From assembly GCA_963740475.1 (NCBI GenBank), contig CAVUEM010000012.1, positions 23,615-87,614 of the forward strand: a DNA stretch of 64,000 bases, given 5' to 3'. The position numbers and the translations under genes were made by a program. The stretch comes from an uncultured Alphaproteobacteria bacterium. Its GTDB lineage: Bacteria; Pseudomonadota; Alphaproteobacteria; Rhizobiales; Hyphomicrobiaceae. Under the pieces are notes generated by a model. The model was not told the origin of the DNA, ran no database searches, and saw only the letters and a program-made list of their open reading frames with translations. This document shows, in pieces, positions 48,447 through 57,574 of this stretch (positions are counted from its first letter, which is position 1; each line of letters opens with the position of its first letter).

Positions 48447-49555
48447 CTGCTGCGCCGTACGGCCTGGGCTACGCCCGCCGTCGCATGGTCGTCGTCCGGC
48501 TCGGGAGAGGCTGCGCCATCCGGGAGCCCGTGGAACGCCTCGGGATCGAGAAAGCGCGCCTTGAGATCGACGCTCGAGCGCCGCCCGACGACGTCGCGGT
48601 TCTGATGCAGCCACTTGTGGGCCTGCGTGCGGCCAGCTCCGTGCAGATAGGTGAAAAGTCCCCAGTCGGGCTTGAGCTTGCTCTCGTCGCTGAGCGAACT
48701 CGTATAGCGACCGGCCTCGATCAGATGGAAGCGGTGGGTCGCGAGCGGGCGCAGCCGCCCGCCGCGCAGGCGTGAGATGCCGCGCATCGTCTCGCGCACC
48801 GTCTCGATGATACGCACATCGCGGATGAGAGGGGCATTGAAGGTGAGCCGGTTGGCGGACCCCGCGATCTCGCGCACGCCCGTCGGCAGCCCGTGCTTCA
48901 CGAGCGAGTTGACCTGCACGATGAGCGTGTCCTTGACCGGGCTCTCGAGCGCGAGCGTCACGAGGTCCGGATTGGCCGAGAACCCGCCGTCCCAGTAGCC
49001 GACGCCGTCGATCTCCACCGTCCGGTGCAGCGTCGGCAAGCATGCGGACGCGAGCACGCTCTCCACCGTGAGCTCGGGGCGGCGGAACAGCCGCGCGCGC
49101 CCCGTCGCGACCTCCGTCGCCGCGATGAGGAGCTCGACCGGGGAAGATTCCCTGATCTTCGCGAAGTCTATCGTCCCCGTGAGCAGCGTGCGCAGGGGAT
49201 CGAAGCCGAGCGGATTGAAGTCGTAGGGCGACCACAGCGTCGCCACCTGAGCGAGCGAGGCGCTGCGCGAGAGCCCGAACAGGAAAGGGTTGAGCCGCAG
49301 AAGGTCGGGCACGCCGGCCTTGTCGACGCCCTCCCAGATTTGCTTGAGCTTGGTGCGCGCGCCATCGCGGCCACCCTCGGCGAGTCCTGCCGCGAGCGCG
49401 ACCGCGTTGACCGCGCCGGCGCTCGTCGCCGACACCCAGCCGATCTCGACCTCCTCCTCGAGCAGGCGATCGAGCACGCCCCAGGTGAAGGCGCCGTGGG
49501 CGCCGCCGCCCTGGAGGGCCAAGTTCAGTCGAATGTGGCGCCGGAACAGCCGCAC
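48443..49555 (-). CDS. Patatin-like phospholipase family protein
   Basis: [28 protein letters not shown] (variant G-x-S-x-G), ASACLP and [10 protein letters not shown] motifs. Confidence 0.9.
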   Translation of the reverse strand: MRLFRRHIRLNLALQGGGAHGAFTWGVLDRLLEEEVEIGWVSATSAGAVNAVALAAGLAEGGRDGARTKLKQIWEGVDKAGVPDLLRLNPFLFGLSRSASLAQVATLWSPYDFNPLGFDPLRTLLTGTIDFAKIRESSPVELLIAATEVATGRARLFRRPELTVESVLASACLPTLHRTVEIDGVGYWDGGFSANPDLVTLALESPVKDTLIVQVNSLVKHGLPTGVREIAGSANRLTFNAPLIRDVRIIETVRETMRGISRLRGGRLRPLATHRFHLIEAGRYTSSLSDESKLKPDWGLFTYLHGAGRTQAHKWLHQNRDVVGRRSSVDLKARFLDPEAFHGLPDGAASPEPDDDHATAGVAQAVRRSS

Positions 49556-49860
49556 GCAGTTATCCTTCGGTCGGAGTTCGCCCGATCACCGGGACGCGAT
49601 GACCGTTGGACTTGCGCGAAGGCCTCATCATGTCAGGAGCCGGCGCCGCAGCGCAATGTCGCGTCTTTGCGGGGCACAGTTGCGCCCCGGCCATAGGTGC
49701 GTGCGGCGAGACGCCTCAGCAGCCCCGGATCAATAGCGGAAAGGCGAGTGCGCGGGACAACGCAAGAATTCGGTTGAATTGCTGGTGATCCACTGTCGTG
49801 CCGCGCGACAAGCACGGAACCGGTCCGCTATGGTCCCCCCCGGTAAGCAAGGAGGCGACA

Positions 49861-50160
49861 ATGTCGGCGACATCATCACTGCGCGCGGCGATGGCCATAC
49901 TCACCGTCTTGGGATTTGGAGCGATATCAGCGACGTCGGCGCTTGCCGGCTGCAAGACACACGCCCATACGGGCTCGGCGAGCGGCTACCTCAAAGGGCT
50001 CACCGGAGTCGAGGCACGGGCGGACTGGCGCTACAAGGTCACGATGCACGACGATATCACTTACGCGCTGTGGACGATGGCCAAGAACCGCGGGACGAAA
50101 TGCCAACAGCGTGCCGATACGAAGTGGGTGTGCGTCGCCCGAGGGACGCCGTGCAATTGA
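49861..50160 (+). CDS. Small secreted four-Cys hypothetical protein
   Basis: AAGGAGG RBS, signal peptide ending ALAG, and C-terminal KC...WVCVARGTPCN. Confidence 0.7.
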   Translation: MSATSSLRAAMAILTVLGFGAISATSALAGCKTHAHTGSASGYLKGLTGVEARADWRYKVTMHDDITYALWTMAKNRGTKCQQRADTKWVCVARGTPCN

Positions 50161-50299
50161 GCACCTAGCCATTCGAGTAGCCGCCAGCCATCGAAATTAG
50201 CTCGAACCTCCGCACGCGGCCTAGTGTGCGGGGCCTCCTAGCCGTCTCGGAACCCGGGAGACGCAAGCGCGTTTTCTAGCCGAGCAAATGGAGGTTCCA

Positions 50300-50524
50300 A
50301 TGTCTGGAAATACGGCATGGATCGCGATTGGCGCGGTCTTGCTTGCGGTCACGGCTGGTTTGGTCGCAGCGGGACTGGATGAAGCGCCAAGCACGGGGGC
50401 CAAGCCTGTGGACGAGACGACCGGGCGCATCGAGGCGCCCTTCACGATGGTCGAACGGGATCGCGACTCGACTCGCGTTCAAGCGCCCTTCGTCGACATC
50501 GAGGTTCCCCGCGATCGCAAGTAA
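50300..50524 (+). CDS. Small membrane-anchored hypothetical protein
   Basis: GGAGG RBS, N-terminal hydrophobic helix, and an internal repeat IEAPF/VQAPF. Confidence 0.6.
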   Translation: MSGNTAWIAIGAVLLAVTAGLVAAGLDEAPSTGAKPVDETTGRIEAPFTMVERDRDSTRVQAPFVDIEVPRDRK

Positions 50525-50612
50525 TTCCAAGTTCTTTTTTGAGATGGCGCGCTCTCCCAGCGCGCCATTTCTTTCCACCGCTGTTCGAGGCTTGGCAGCT
50601 TCGCAGTGCCGT

Positions 50613-50819
50613 CTAGAGCTCTGCAAACCGACCTGCTGGCCGGCATGTCCAGCGCTTGGCAAACCACTTGGGGTGCCCCTCGGACCATTTGGCGATCTCG
50701 ACGGGGCTCATCATCATGCATTGCATGGGCGAGACGTCGTCGTCGGCAAAGGCGAGAGGCACCTGCTTGCAACGTTGAGGATCGTCGACCAGGCACGCGG
50801 AAAGGACTAGCTCGATCAT
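50613..50819 (-). CDS. Small four-Cys hypothetical protein (paralogue 2)
   Basis: 68 aa with an AGGAG RBS. Gaplessly alignable with 51073-51279. Confidence 0.8.
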   Translation of the reverse strand: MIELVLSACLVDDPQRCKQVPLAFADDDVSPMQCMMMSPVEIAKWSEGHPKWFAKRWTCRPAGRFAEL

Positions 50820-51072
50820 CTTGTGGCTCCTAATTTTGAAGTGACAACACCGAGGTGCTCGAATTGGTTCCGAGAACGGGGCACCGGGCGTCGCACTGGA
50901 GCCGATCTAAACTCAGGAACGCCGACAGAGGGGCTATGGGTTCAATGCCGCTCGGCAATGACGGTCGCCAAGTGGCGCGTCGGGGCACAAGAAATGAAAA
51001 CTCGAACCGGCCCTGCCTGGGGCCGTGACAGATCCGCGGGCCGCTCCCGCGCCGGAGCGGAACCTCACGGGG

Positions 51073-51279
51073 TTAGATCTTGGCGATCTGGCCGGCGGGG
51101 CGGCATGACCAGCGCTTGGCGAAATAGTTAGGATGGCTCTCGGACCACTTCGCGATCTCGGCAGGGCTCTGCATCAGGCACTGCATTGGGGTCATGCCCT
51201 CGGCCATATAGACCAAGCTCACGTCCTTGCATTTGTTGGGATCGCTGAGAAGGCAGACGGAGACGACAAGTTCTAGCAT
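51073..51279 (-). CDS. Small four-Cys hypothetical protein (paralogue 3)
   Basis: 68 aa from the ATG at 51279. Shares PMQC, SP.EIAKWSE.HP and FAKRW.CRPAG with paralogue 2. Confidence 0.8.
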   Translation of the reverse strand: MLELVVSVCLLSDPNKCKDVSLVYMAEGMTPMQCLMQSPAEIAKWSESHPNYFAKRWSCRPAGQIAKI

Positions 51280-51572
51280 TTGTGCACCCCGAGTGAGTGT
51301 TACCCGCATGTCGCAGGCGCTAACCCCAGGGGCGCATCGTCCCGTAATTTTTTTCTTCTTGACCAAACGGTATGCGGCGAATCGGAGCCGCACAAGGTTC
51401 AAAGATAGGCAGGAAATGCTAATGATTTATGCTGCGACCTTTAAGCATCATTGTCACGGGGGCTGATTTCTCGGCAAAAGACGCGGCGTTGTGCGGAGCA
51501 TTGCGAAAAGCATTGCTCCCGATGGCGCTGCGCTCGCCGCCCAATTTCTAATCATATGGTCAGATTGTCTCA

Positions 51573-52562
51573 CTATTTCTGTTGCAGTCCTGCATCACTC
51601 GACAGTGACCCGAGGAACGCGGCGAGCGCCGCCCGTTCGGTTTCCGAGAGCCTGAGATCGCGGACGACATTGGCGTCGAGGGACGGGCGCGCGACGAGCT
51701 TGCCGGCATAGTGGTCGACCACGGCCTCGAGCGTCGGCAGCGATCCGTCGTGCATGTAGGGCGCGGTTCGCGCCACCTCGCGCAGGCTCGGTGTCTTGAA
51801 CTGGGCGAGCCCCGGCACGCCGCCCGCGACGGCCCCGCGGCCGGGGTCGTTGCCGGCGAGTCCGATGTCGTGGAAGGCATCGTCGGTGAAGCGCCATCCG
51901 CCGTGGCAGGCGACGCATCCCGCCTTGCCGACGAAGAGATCGAAGCCCTCTTTCTCAATCGCCGAGAGGGCCGCATCGTCGCCCTCGACCCAGTGGTCGA
52001 AAGGCGCCACGCCGGAGGCGAGCGAGCGCTCGTAGGTCGAGAGCGCGGCGAGGATCGCCGCCTCGCTGATCCCCTCCTCGCCGGGAAAGGCGCGCGAGAA
52101 CCGCGCGGCCATCTCCTGGTCGCTCCTCAATCGCGCGACGACCGTTGGAAAGTCGCCGGCAAGCTCGTCCGCCGCCTCGATCGGGAACCGCGCCTGCGCC
52201 TCGAGAGATGCGGCGCGCCCATCCCAGAAGAACTCTCTTCCCCACGCGAGGTTGTAGAGCGTCGGGACATTGCGGGCGAGACGGGCTCCGCCGATCCCCG
52301 CGCCCGTTGCGCGTCCGTCCGTGAACGCCCGCGACGGGTCGTGGCAAGAGGCGCACGAGCGGTCGCCGGCGCCCGAAAGGCGCGTATCGCGAAAGAGGTC
52401 ATGGCCGAGCGCTATCCGTTCCACGTCGGATAGCGCGGGCGGCGCGATTGCCGGCCGGGCGAAGATCGCCCGCCATACGGCATTGCGCGAGGGTGCCTCT
52501 TCGCCTGCGGCAGGCGCGGCCGCGACGGCAAGAAGACCGAGGGTCAGCCAAGCGATGCGCAA
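51573..52562 (-). CDS. Di-haem cytochrome c peroxidase / MauG-superfamily protein
   Basis: LFRDTRLS..DRSCASCH, RNVPTLYN, FFWDGRA.SLEAQ, GCVACH and FKTPSLR..APYMHDGS motifs. TTG start inferred. Confidence 0.88.
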   Translation of the reverse strand: MRIAWLTLGLLAVAAAPAAGEEAPSRNAVWRAIFARPAIAPPALSDVERIALGHDLFRDTRLSGAGDRSCASCHDPSRAFTDGRATGAGIGGARLARNVPTLYNLAWGREFFWDGRAASLEAQARFPIEAADELAGDFPTVVARLRSDQEMAARFSRAFPGEEGISEAAILAALSTYERSLASGVAPFDHWVEGDDAALSAIEKEGFDLFVGKAGCVACHGGWRFTDDAFHDIGLAGNDPGRGAVAGGVPGLAQFKTPSLREVARTAPYMHDGSLPTLEAVVDHYAGKLVARPSLDANVVRDLRLSETERAALAAFLGSLSSDAGLQQK

Positions 52563-52686
52563 GTATCCTGTCTCGACTTGAGGAAAACGCCGATCGCCCG
52601 CCAATCGTAGACTCAAGGCGCCCGTTCGGCGATATGGGGCAGGCTCCTCGTCATTTTGAGGTCGCGATTGGCCGGTGCCGCAGCCC

Positions 52687-52724
52687 AGATCGCGATCGTT
52701 CTTGGAACGTGAATCGTGCTCTAG
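52687..52724. repeat. Internally deleted remnant of the mosaic element (copy C)
   Basis: AGATCGCGATCGTTCTTG-GAACGTGAATCG matches the two arms of the first hairpin of copy B with the centre missing. Ends in CTAG. Confidence 0.7.
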
Positions 52725-52734
52725 GGACGAAGTC

Positions 52735-54231
52735 ATGGAAAGTGCCGCGCCCCCCAGTTCGGAAACCGACCGCCTGAGCGACCTTATCTCCGCCGCGCTG
52801 CTCGCGCCGGTGCGCGCCTTCAAGCCTGTCTACCTGCCGCTCCTCATGGTCTATTTCGCCTACGGGGCGCTCGGCCTATTTGCGGTCGCGGACAGCTTCT
52901 GGGTCAAGAAGGAATTGTCGCTATCGCCGGCGGCCCTGGCCCAGCTCGGCGTCTGGCTGACCTTACCATGGGCCATGAAGATGGTGTTCGGCGAGCTCGT
53001 CGACACGGTGCCCATCGCCGGCTCCCAGCGGCGCGTCTACGTCCTGATCGGCGCGTCGATGATCGCGGCCGGCCTCCTCCTGCTGGCAGGCGCCGCGGGC
53101 AAGTGGCTCACCTTCGCGGCGCCCGAGCGGCTCTACGTCATGGCCCAGCTTCTCATCGTCATCGGCGTCGTGCTTCAGGACGTCGTCGCCGACGCCATGA
53201 GCACGGAGGTTGTGCCGCGCACGCTCCCCGACGGAACGGCGCGCCCCAAGGCCGACGTCGACCGCGACCTCGGCATGGTGCAAATCCTCGGCCGGCTCGC
53301 GCTCTCGGCCGGCGCCTTCATCGTCGCCGGCCTCGGCGGCCTGCTCGCTCGCGTCTATTCCTACGACACCGTGTTCCTGATCTCGCTCGTCATTCCGGTG
53401 ATCTCGGCCTCCGGCGCGCTGATCGTCAAGCTCGACACCAGCGAGACCCGCCCGACGGACTGGCGAATTCTCGGCGGCGGTCTCCTGTTCGGCGCCGTCG
53501 TCGCAGCCCTTGCCCTCGGCGGCGTGCCCTACGATCAGGAGCTCGTGTTCGTCATTTCCTTGAGCGTCGTCGTCGCCATGCTCGCACGGGTGACCGCCGA
53601 CATGGCCCATGAAACGCGTCTCAAGATTCTCTATGCGGCGCTCATAATCTTCGCCTTTCGCGCGACGCCGAGCGTCGGCGAGGGCTACCGGTGGTTCACC
53701 ATCGACGTGCTCGGCTTCGACGAGGCGTTCTACGGCGTGCTGGCGCAGATCGGCGCCGGCATCGGTCTCGTCGCCGCCTGGCTGCTCTCGGACGCGATCA
53801 CGCGCAAGCCGGTCGCGACCGTGCTTCTGTGGCTGACGATCCTCGGCACCATCCTCTCCCTTCCGACCCTCATGCTGGTCTACCGCATGGACCTCTGGAC
53901 GGAAGCGACATTCGGATTCGGCGCACGCACCATCGCCATCATCGACGCGGCCGCAGCCTCCCCCCTCATCCAATTGAGCATGGTGCCGCTGCTCACCCTC
54001 ATCGCGATCTATGCCCCGCCCGCCCATCGCGCGACGTGGTTTGCGCTGATGGCCTCGTTCCTGAACCTCGCCCTCGTCGCCGGACAGCTCGCGACGAAGT
54101 ACATGAACCGGCTGTTCGTCATCGAGCGCGGAGCCTACGAGGAGCTGCCGGCGCTCGCCGTGACCGTCATCGTAATCGGTCTCGTCGTACCCCTAGCGGC
54201 AATTCTGGCGTTCGGCCGGCGCATCAGGTAG
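52735..54231 (+). CDS. BT1-family folate/biopterin transporter (MFS)
   Basis: About 12 TM segments, LTLPWAMKMVFG..VDTVPIAGSQRR.Y, QDVVADAM and FRATPSVG motifs. Confidence 0.8.
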   Translation: MESAAPPSSETDRLSDLISAALLAPVRAFKPVYLPLLMVYFAYGALGLFAVADSFWVKKELSLSPAALAQLGVWLTLPWAMKMVFGELVDTVPIAGSQRRVYVLIGASMIAAGLLLLAGAAGKWLTFAAPERLYVMAQLLIVIGVVLQDVVADAMSTEVVPRTLPDGTARPKADVDRDLGMVQILGRLALSAGAFIVAGLGGLLARVYSYDTVFLISLVIPVISASGALIVKLDTSETRPTDWRILGGGLLFGAVVAALALGGVPYDQELVFVISLSVVVAMLARVTADMAHETRLKILYAALIIFAFRATPSVGEGYRWFTIDVLGFDEAFYGVLAQIGAGIGLVAAWLLSDAITRKPVATVLLWLTILGTILSLPTLMLVYRMDLWTEATFGFGARTIAIIDAAAASPLIQLSMVPLLTLIAIYAPPAHRATWFALMASFLNLALVAGQLATKYMNRLFVIERGAYEELPALAVTVIVIGLVVPLAAILAFGRRIR

Positions 54232-54415
54232 TCGAGGACCGTGGCGCTCCGAGCACGCCCGGTGTGCTGAATTGTCGGCTCGGCCGGTCGGGCCTTGATT
54301 TCCGCCGCGCCGCCATCCATCCAACATTAAACTGCCGCTTACGGGAGCCAGGCTCGAGGGTGAGCCGCGGCCATACGAGAGCCGGCAACACTTCGACCGC
54401 AAGGGGGGAAAACCT

Positions 54416-54688
54416 ATGCCGAGCACGACGTACCGCGCCGATGGCGCGGGAGCGCCTTTGCGGCCACTGACCTGGCGCTCGGCCCTCAAGCGCGCCTTGC
54501 TCGGTGTCATCATCCTCGCCGCCACGATGGGCGGCGTCGCCTGGCTCACCTACGCCTCGATCGAGCCCGAGCCCGGCCAGACGGCGAAGACGGTTAAGCC
54601 CCAGCGCGCGCCGGCTGACGGCAAGGCGCACCTTTTCGCGCCACGCTCCCGCAGCCGGAATAGCTCATTCGCATTTCTTGACGGGTGA
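54416..54688 (+). CDS. Small single-TM hypothetical protein
   Basis: Hydrophobic segment ALLGVIILAATMGGVAWLTYASI. GGGGGAA upstream of the ATG. Confidence 0.55.
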   Translation: MPSTTYRADGAGAPLRPLTWRSALKRALLGVIILAATMGGVAWLTYASIEPEPGQTAKTVKPQRAPADGKAHLFAPRSRSRNSSFAFLDG

Positions 54689-54765
54689 TCGGGGGAGCCG
54701 TTCCGGCTATTCTCCGATGGCGGCGGCTGCCAAGCGCGGCGCCACCCCAAGAGCGAGCACACCCA

Positions 54766-55119
54766 ATGTCCGGGTTCGAATTCCTTCTGATCATCGTCGT
54801 CGGCGCCGGCGCCTTCTATGCCGGCTACCAGATCGGCCGGGCCTCTGTGCTCAACGCCGAGGCCCGCCCGTTGCCGGACGAGGAGGCCTCGCCGCTCCCC
54901 GGCCCACGCGCGGGACCACTTGCGGAGCCTTCCTCGCCACCCGCTCGGCCGCGCGGACCGCCGCCTCCCGCTTCGGCCGGCGAGCGCGACGGCCGCACGA
55001 TCTCCCAGCCTGCTCCAGCCTCGCGCCGCCCACCCCCGCCCGCCGCGGCCGGACTTCTCGGGACCGGCGACGGGGGCGAAAGCTCTCGAGACAAGCCCAC
55101 CAAATCCCGCCACTCGTGA
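54766..55119 (+). CDS. Pro-rich membrane-anchored hypothetical protein
   Basis: N-terminal TM helix ([16 protein letters not shown]) followed by a low-complexity Pro/Ala tail. Confidence 0.5.
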   Translation: MSGFEFLLIIVVGAGAFYAGYQIGRASVLNAEARPLPDEEASPLPGPRAGPLAEPSSPPARPRGPPPPASAGERDGRTISQPAPASRRPPPPAAAGLLGTGDGGESSRDKPTKSRHS

Positions 55120-55150
55120 TCTCCATTCGCGCTTTGCAAAGATCTCCCTG

Positions 55151-56056
55151 ATGCGACTTGTCATGCTGGCTCGCAACCCGAGCCTCTACTCCCACAGGAA
55201 GCTCGCCGCTGCAGCGCGGGCGCGCGGGCACACGATCGACGTCATCAATACGCTCCACGTCCACATGAACATTACCTCGAACCGCCCCGTGCTGCGTTTT
55301 GGAGGCAAGCCGCTCCCTCTCTACGATGCGGTCATCCCGCGCATCGGCGCCTCCATCACCCACTATGGGCTCGCGGTCCTGCGCCAATTCGAGATGCAAG
55401 GCGTCTATCCGGTGAACGAGAGCGTCGCGATCGGCCGCTCGCGCGACAAGCTCCGCGCGCTCCAGCTCCTCGCGCGCGCCGGCATCGGTTTGCCGGTGAC
55501 TGCGTTCGCCCACGGGCCCCGCAAGGCGGAAGACGTGATCCAGGAGGTCGGCGGGGCGCCGGTCGTCATCAAGATCGTCGAGGGCACGCAGGGCGTCGGC
55601 GTCATCCTCGCCGAGACCGAGGCCTCGGCCAAGTCGATCATCGAGGCGTTCAGCGCCGCCAACGTTAATATCCTGGTCCAGGAGTATATCGCCGAGGCGG
55701 AGGGCAGCGACGTGCGCGCCCTCGTCGTCGGCGGGCGCGTGATCGGCGCCATCCGGCGCATCGGGAGAGCGGGCGAATTCCGCTCGAACCTACATCGCGG
55801 CGGATCTGCAGTTGCAGCGACCATCAGCGAGGAGGAGCGCGCGACGGCGATCAAGGCGGCCGCTACTCTCGGCCTCAACGTCGCCGGAGTCGACATGCTG
55901 CGCTCGGATCGCGGCCCGGTTGTGCTCGAGGTCAACTCCTCGCCGGGCTTGAAGGGCCTCGAGCAGGCGACCGGGCTCGATGCGGCGGGCCCGATCATCG
56001 CCTTCATCGAGGCCGCGGCACGCCCCGGCGAAACGCGAACTCGCGGCCACGGCTAA
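55151..56056 (+). CDS. rimK: RimK alpha-L-glutamate ligase
   Basis: [59 protein letters not shown] and FRSNLHRGG motifs. Confidence 0.95.
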   Translation: MRLVMLARNPSLYSHRKLAAAARARGHTIDVINTLHVHMNITSNRPVLRFGGKPLPLYDAVIPRIGASITHYGLAVLRQFEMQGVYPVNESVAIGRSRDKLRALQLLARAGIGLPVTAFAHGPRKAEDVIQEVGGAPVVIKIVEGTQGVGVILAETEASAKSIIEAFSAANVNILVQEYIAEAEGSDVRALVVGGRVIGAIRRIGRAGEFRSNLHRGGSAVAATISEEERATAIKAAATLGLNVAGVDMLRSDRGPVVLEVNSSPGLKGLEQATGLDAAGPIIAFIEAAARPGETRTRGHG

Positions 56057-56206
56057 GATTTATCGACCTCTCCGGTCCCGAAAGACGGCCTCGTGTTCGA
56101 TATCGCCGCGCTTGATAGGCGGCCGACGGCTCAAGTATGATGGTTGGATGGGGTCGAGGCCGCCCCTTCGGGAGGAGCGCACTCCTGGCGCCAGGGAACG
56201 TCCTGA

Positions 56207-56950
56207 ATGACGGAGCAGCAAAAGCACTTTCCCGAGTTCTACGTCACGACTCCACAGCCCTGTCCCTATCTGCCGGGCCGCCTCGAGCGCAAGCTGTTCA
56301 CGCACCTCACGCACGAGAAGCCGTCGACGCTGATCGACAATCTTTTGAAGGGCGGTTTCCGGCGCAGCCAGAACATCGCCTACATGCCCTATTGCGAGGG
56401 CTGCCACGCTTGCGTCTCGGTTCGCGTTCTCGTCGACGAGTTCAGGCCGAGCCGCGCCATGCGCCGCGTGGTCGACAGGAACCGCGACCTCGTCGCAAGG
56501 CGCATCGCGCCGGTTCCGACCTCCGAGCAGTACGGCCTCTTTCGCGGCTACATCGACGCGCGCCACTCCGACGGCGGCATGGCGGACATGACCGTCCTCG
56601 ACTATGCGATGATGGTCGAGGACAGCATCGTCGATACCTTCCTCACCGAATACCGCTTGAAGCCGGAGGAGCCGCTCGCTCCCGGAGCGGGGCCGGGCGC
56701 GCTCGCCGCAGTGGCCCTCTGCGACCGTCTCTCCGACGGCATCTCGATGGTCTACAGCTTCTATGAGCCCTCCGAAGAGGCACGCAGCCTCGGCACGCAC
56801 ATGATCGTCGAGCACATCGAGCATGCGCGCCGCCTGGGCCTGCCCTACCTCTATCTCGGCTACTGGATCGATGGCTCGCGCAAGATGAGCTACAAGATGC
56901 GCTTTCAGCCTCTCGAGCGTCTCGGGCCGAACGGTTGGACGCGGAGCTGA
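56207..56950 (+). CDS. bpt: Bacterial ATE-family aminoacyl-transferase (Asp/Glu leucyltransferase Bpt)
   Basis: [42 protein letters not shown] and [15 protein letters not shown] motifs. Confidence 0.9.
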   Translation: MTEQQKHFPEFYVTTPQPCPYLPGRLERKLFTHLTHEKPSTLIDNLLKGGFRRSQNIAYMPYCEGCHACVSVRVLVDEFRPSRAMRRVVDRNRDLVARRIAPVPTSEQYGLFRGYIDARHSDGGMADMTVLDYAMMVEDSIVDTFLTEYRLKPEEPLAPGAGPGALAAVALCDRLSDGISMVYSFYEPSEEARSLGTHMIVEHIEHARRLGLPYLYLGYWIDGSRKMSYKMRFQPLERLGPNGWTRS

Positions 56951-57004
56951 CACCTCAGCGGATCTCTCGGCCGGACGCCTCTCGGCCAATGGACGACGCG
57001 CGGC

Positions 57005-57487
57005 TTAGGGCGCGAGGGCCTTCTCGAGCTTCTCGAACATGTAGCTCCACTTGGCCGTCTGCGTGTCGACCAGCACCTGCATGTGCGCCCTGAGCCCGAC
57101 GAGCATGGCGCAGTCCGGGGTCTTGGCCGCCGAGCCCTCCTGGCCCATGGACGAGATCTCGGCGAGAAGCTCGTTCGACTTCGTATCGAACACCTCGATC
57201 TGCTCGTCCTTCACGTAGGGCGCCGCCTCCTTCAGGAACTGGTCGTTGCTCCAGCCCTGCTTCTCCTTGAGCAGACGCAGCTTCTCCTGGAACACGGGCC
57301 GGTGCTTGGTGTTGAGATCGCGCAGAGCGGCCGCGGCCTCGTCCACGACCCCCTCGAACTCGGACTTTGCGCAGGCGGTGGCGGGCTCCTCGGCTCGCGT
57401 TGCAGATGCCGCCGCCATGACGGCGAGCGCCAGCGCCGCGATCACGATCATCTCCTTCCCCGGCGCGAGTTTTCTGCGTTTTTCCAT
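57005..57487 (-). CDS. Exported helical hypothetical protein
   Basis: Signal-like segment, two Cys (CAKSEF, PDCAML) and host codon usage. Confidence 0.7.
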   Translation of the reverse strand: MEKRRKLAPGKEMIVIAALALAVMAAASATRAEEPATACAKSEFEGVVDEAAAALRDLNTKHRPVFQEKLRLLKEKQGWSNDQFLKEAAPYVKDEQIEVFDTKSNELLAEISSMGQEGSAAKTPDCAMLVGLRAHMQVLVDTQTAKWSYMFEKLEKALAP

Positions 57488-57574
57488 GCCCTGTCGTACC
57501 GACCCCCATTGCCGGTGGCAAGGAGAGGGGCGTGGCCGGACGGCGACACGGGGCGCCGCCGAGAGGACGATGCA

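Noticed and set aside
54324-54345. CtrA box (TTAA-N7-TTAA)
   Set aside because: The sequence is TTAA-N8-TTAC, so both spacing and second half-site mismatch.
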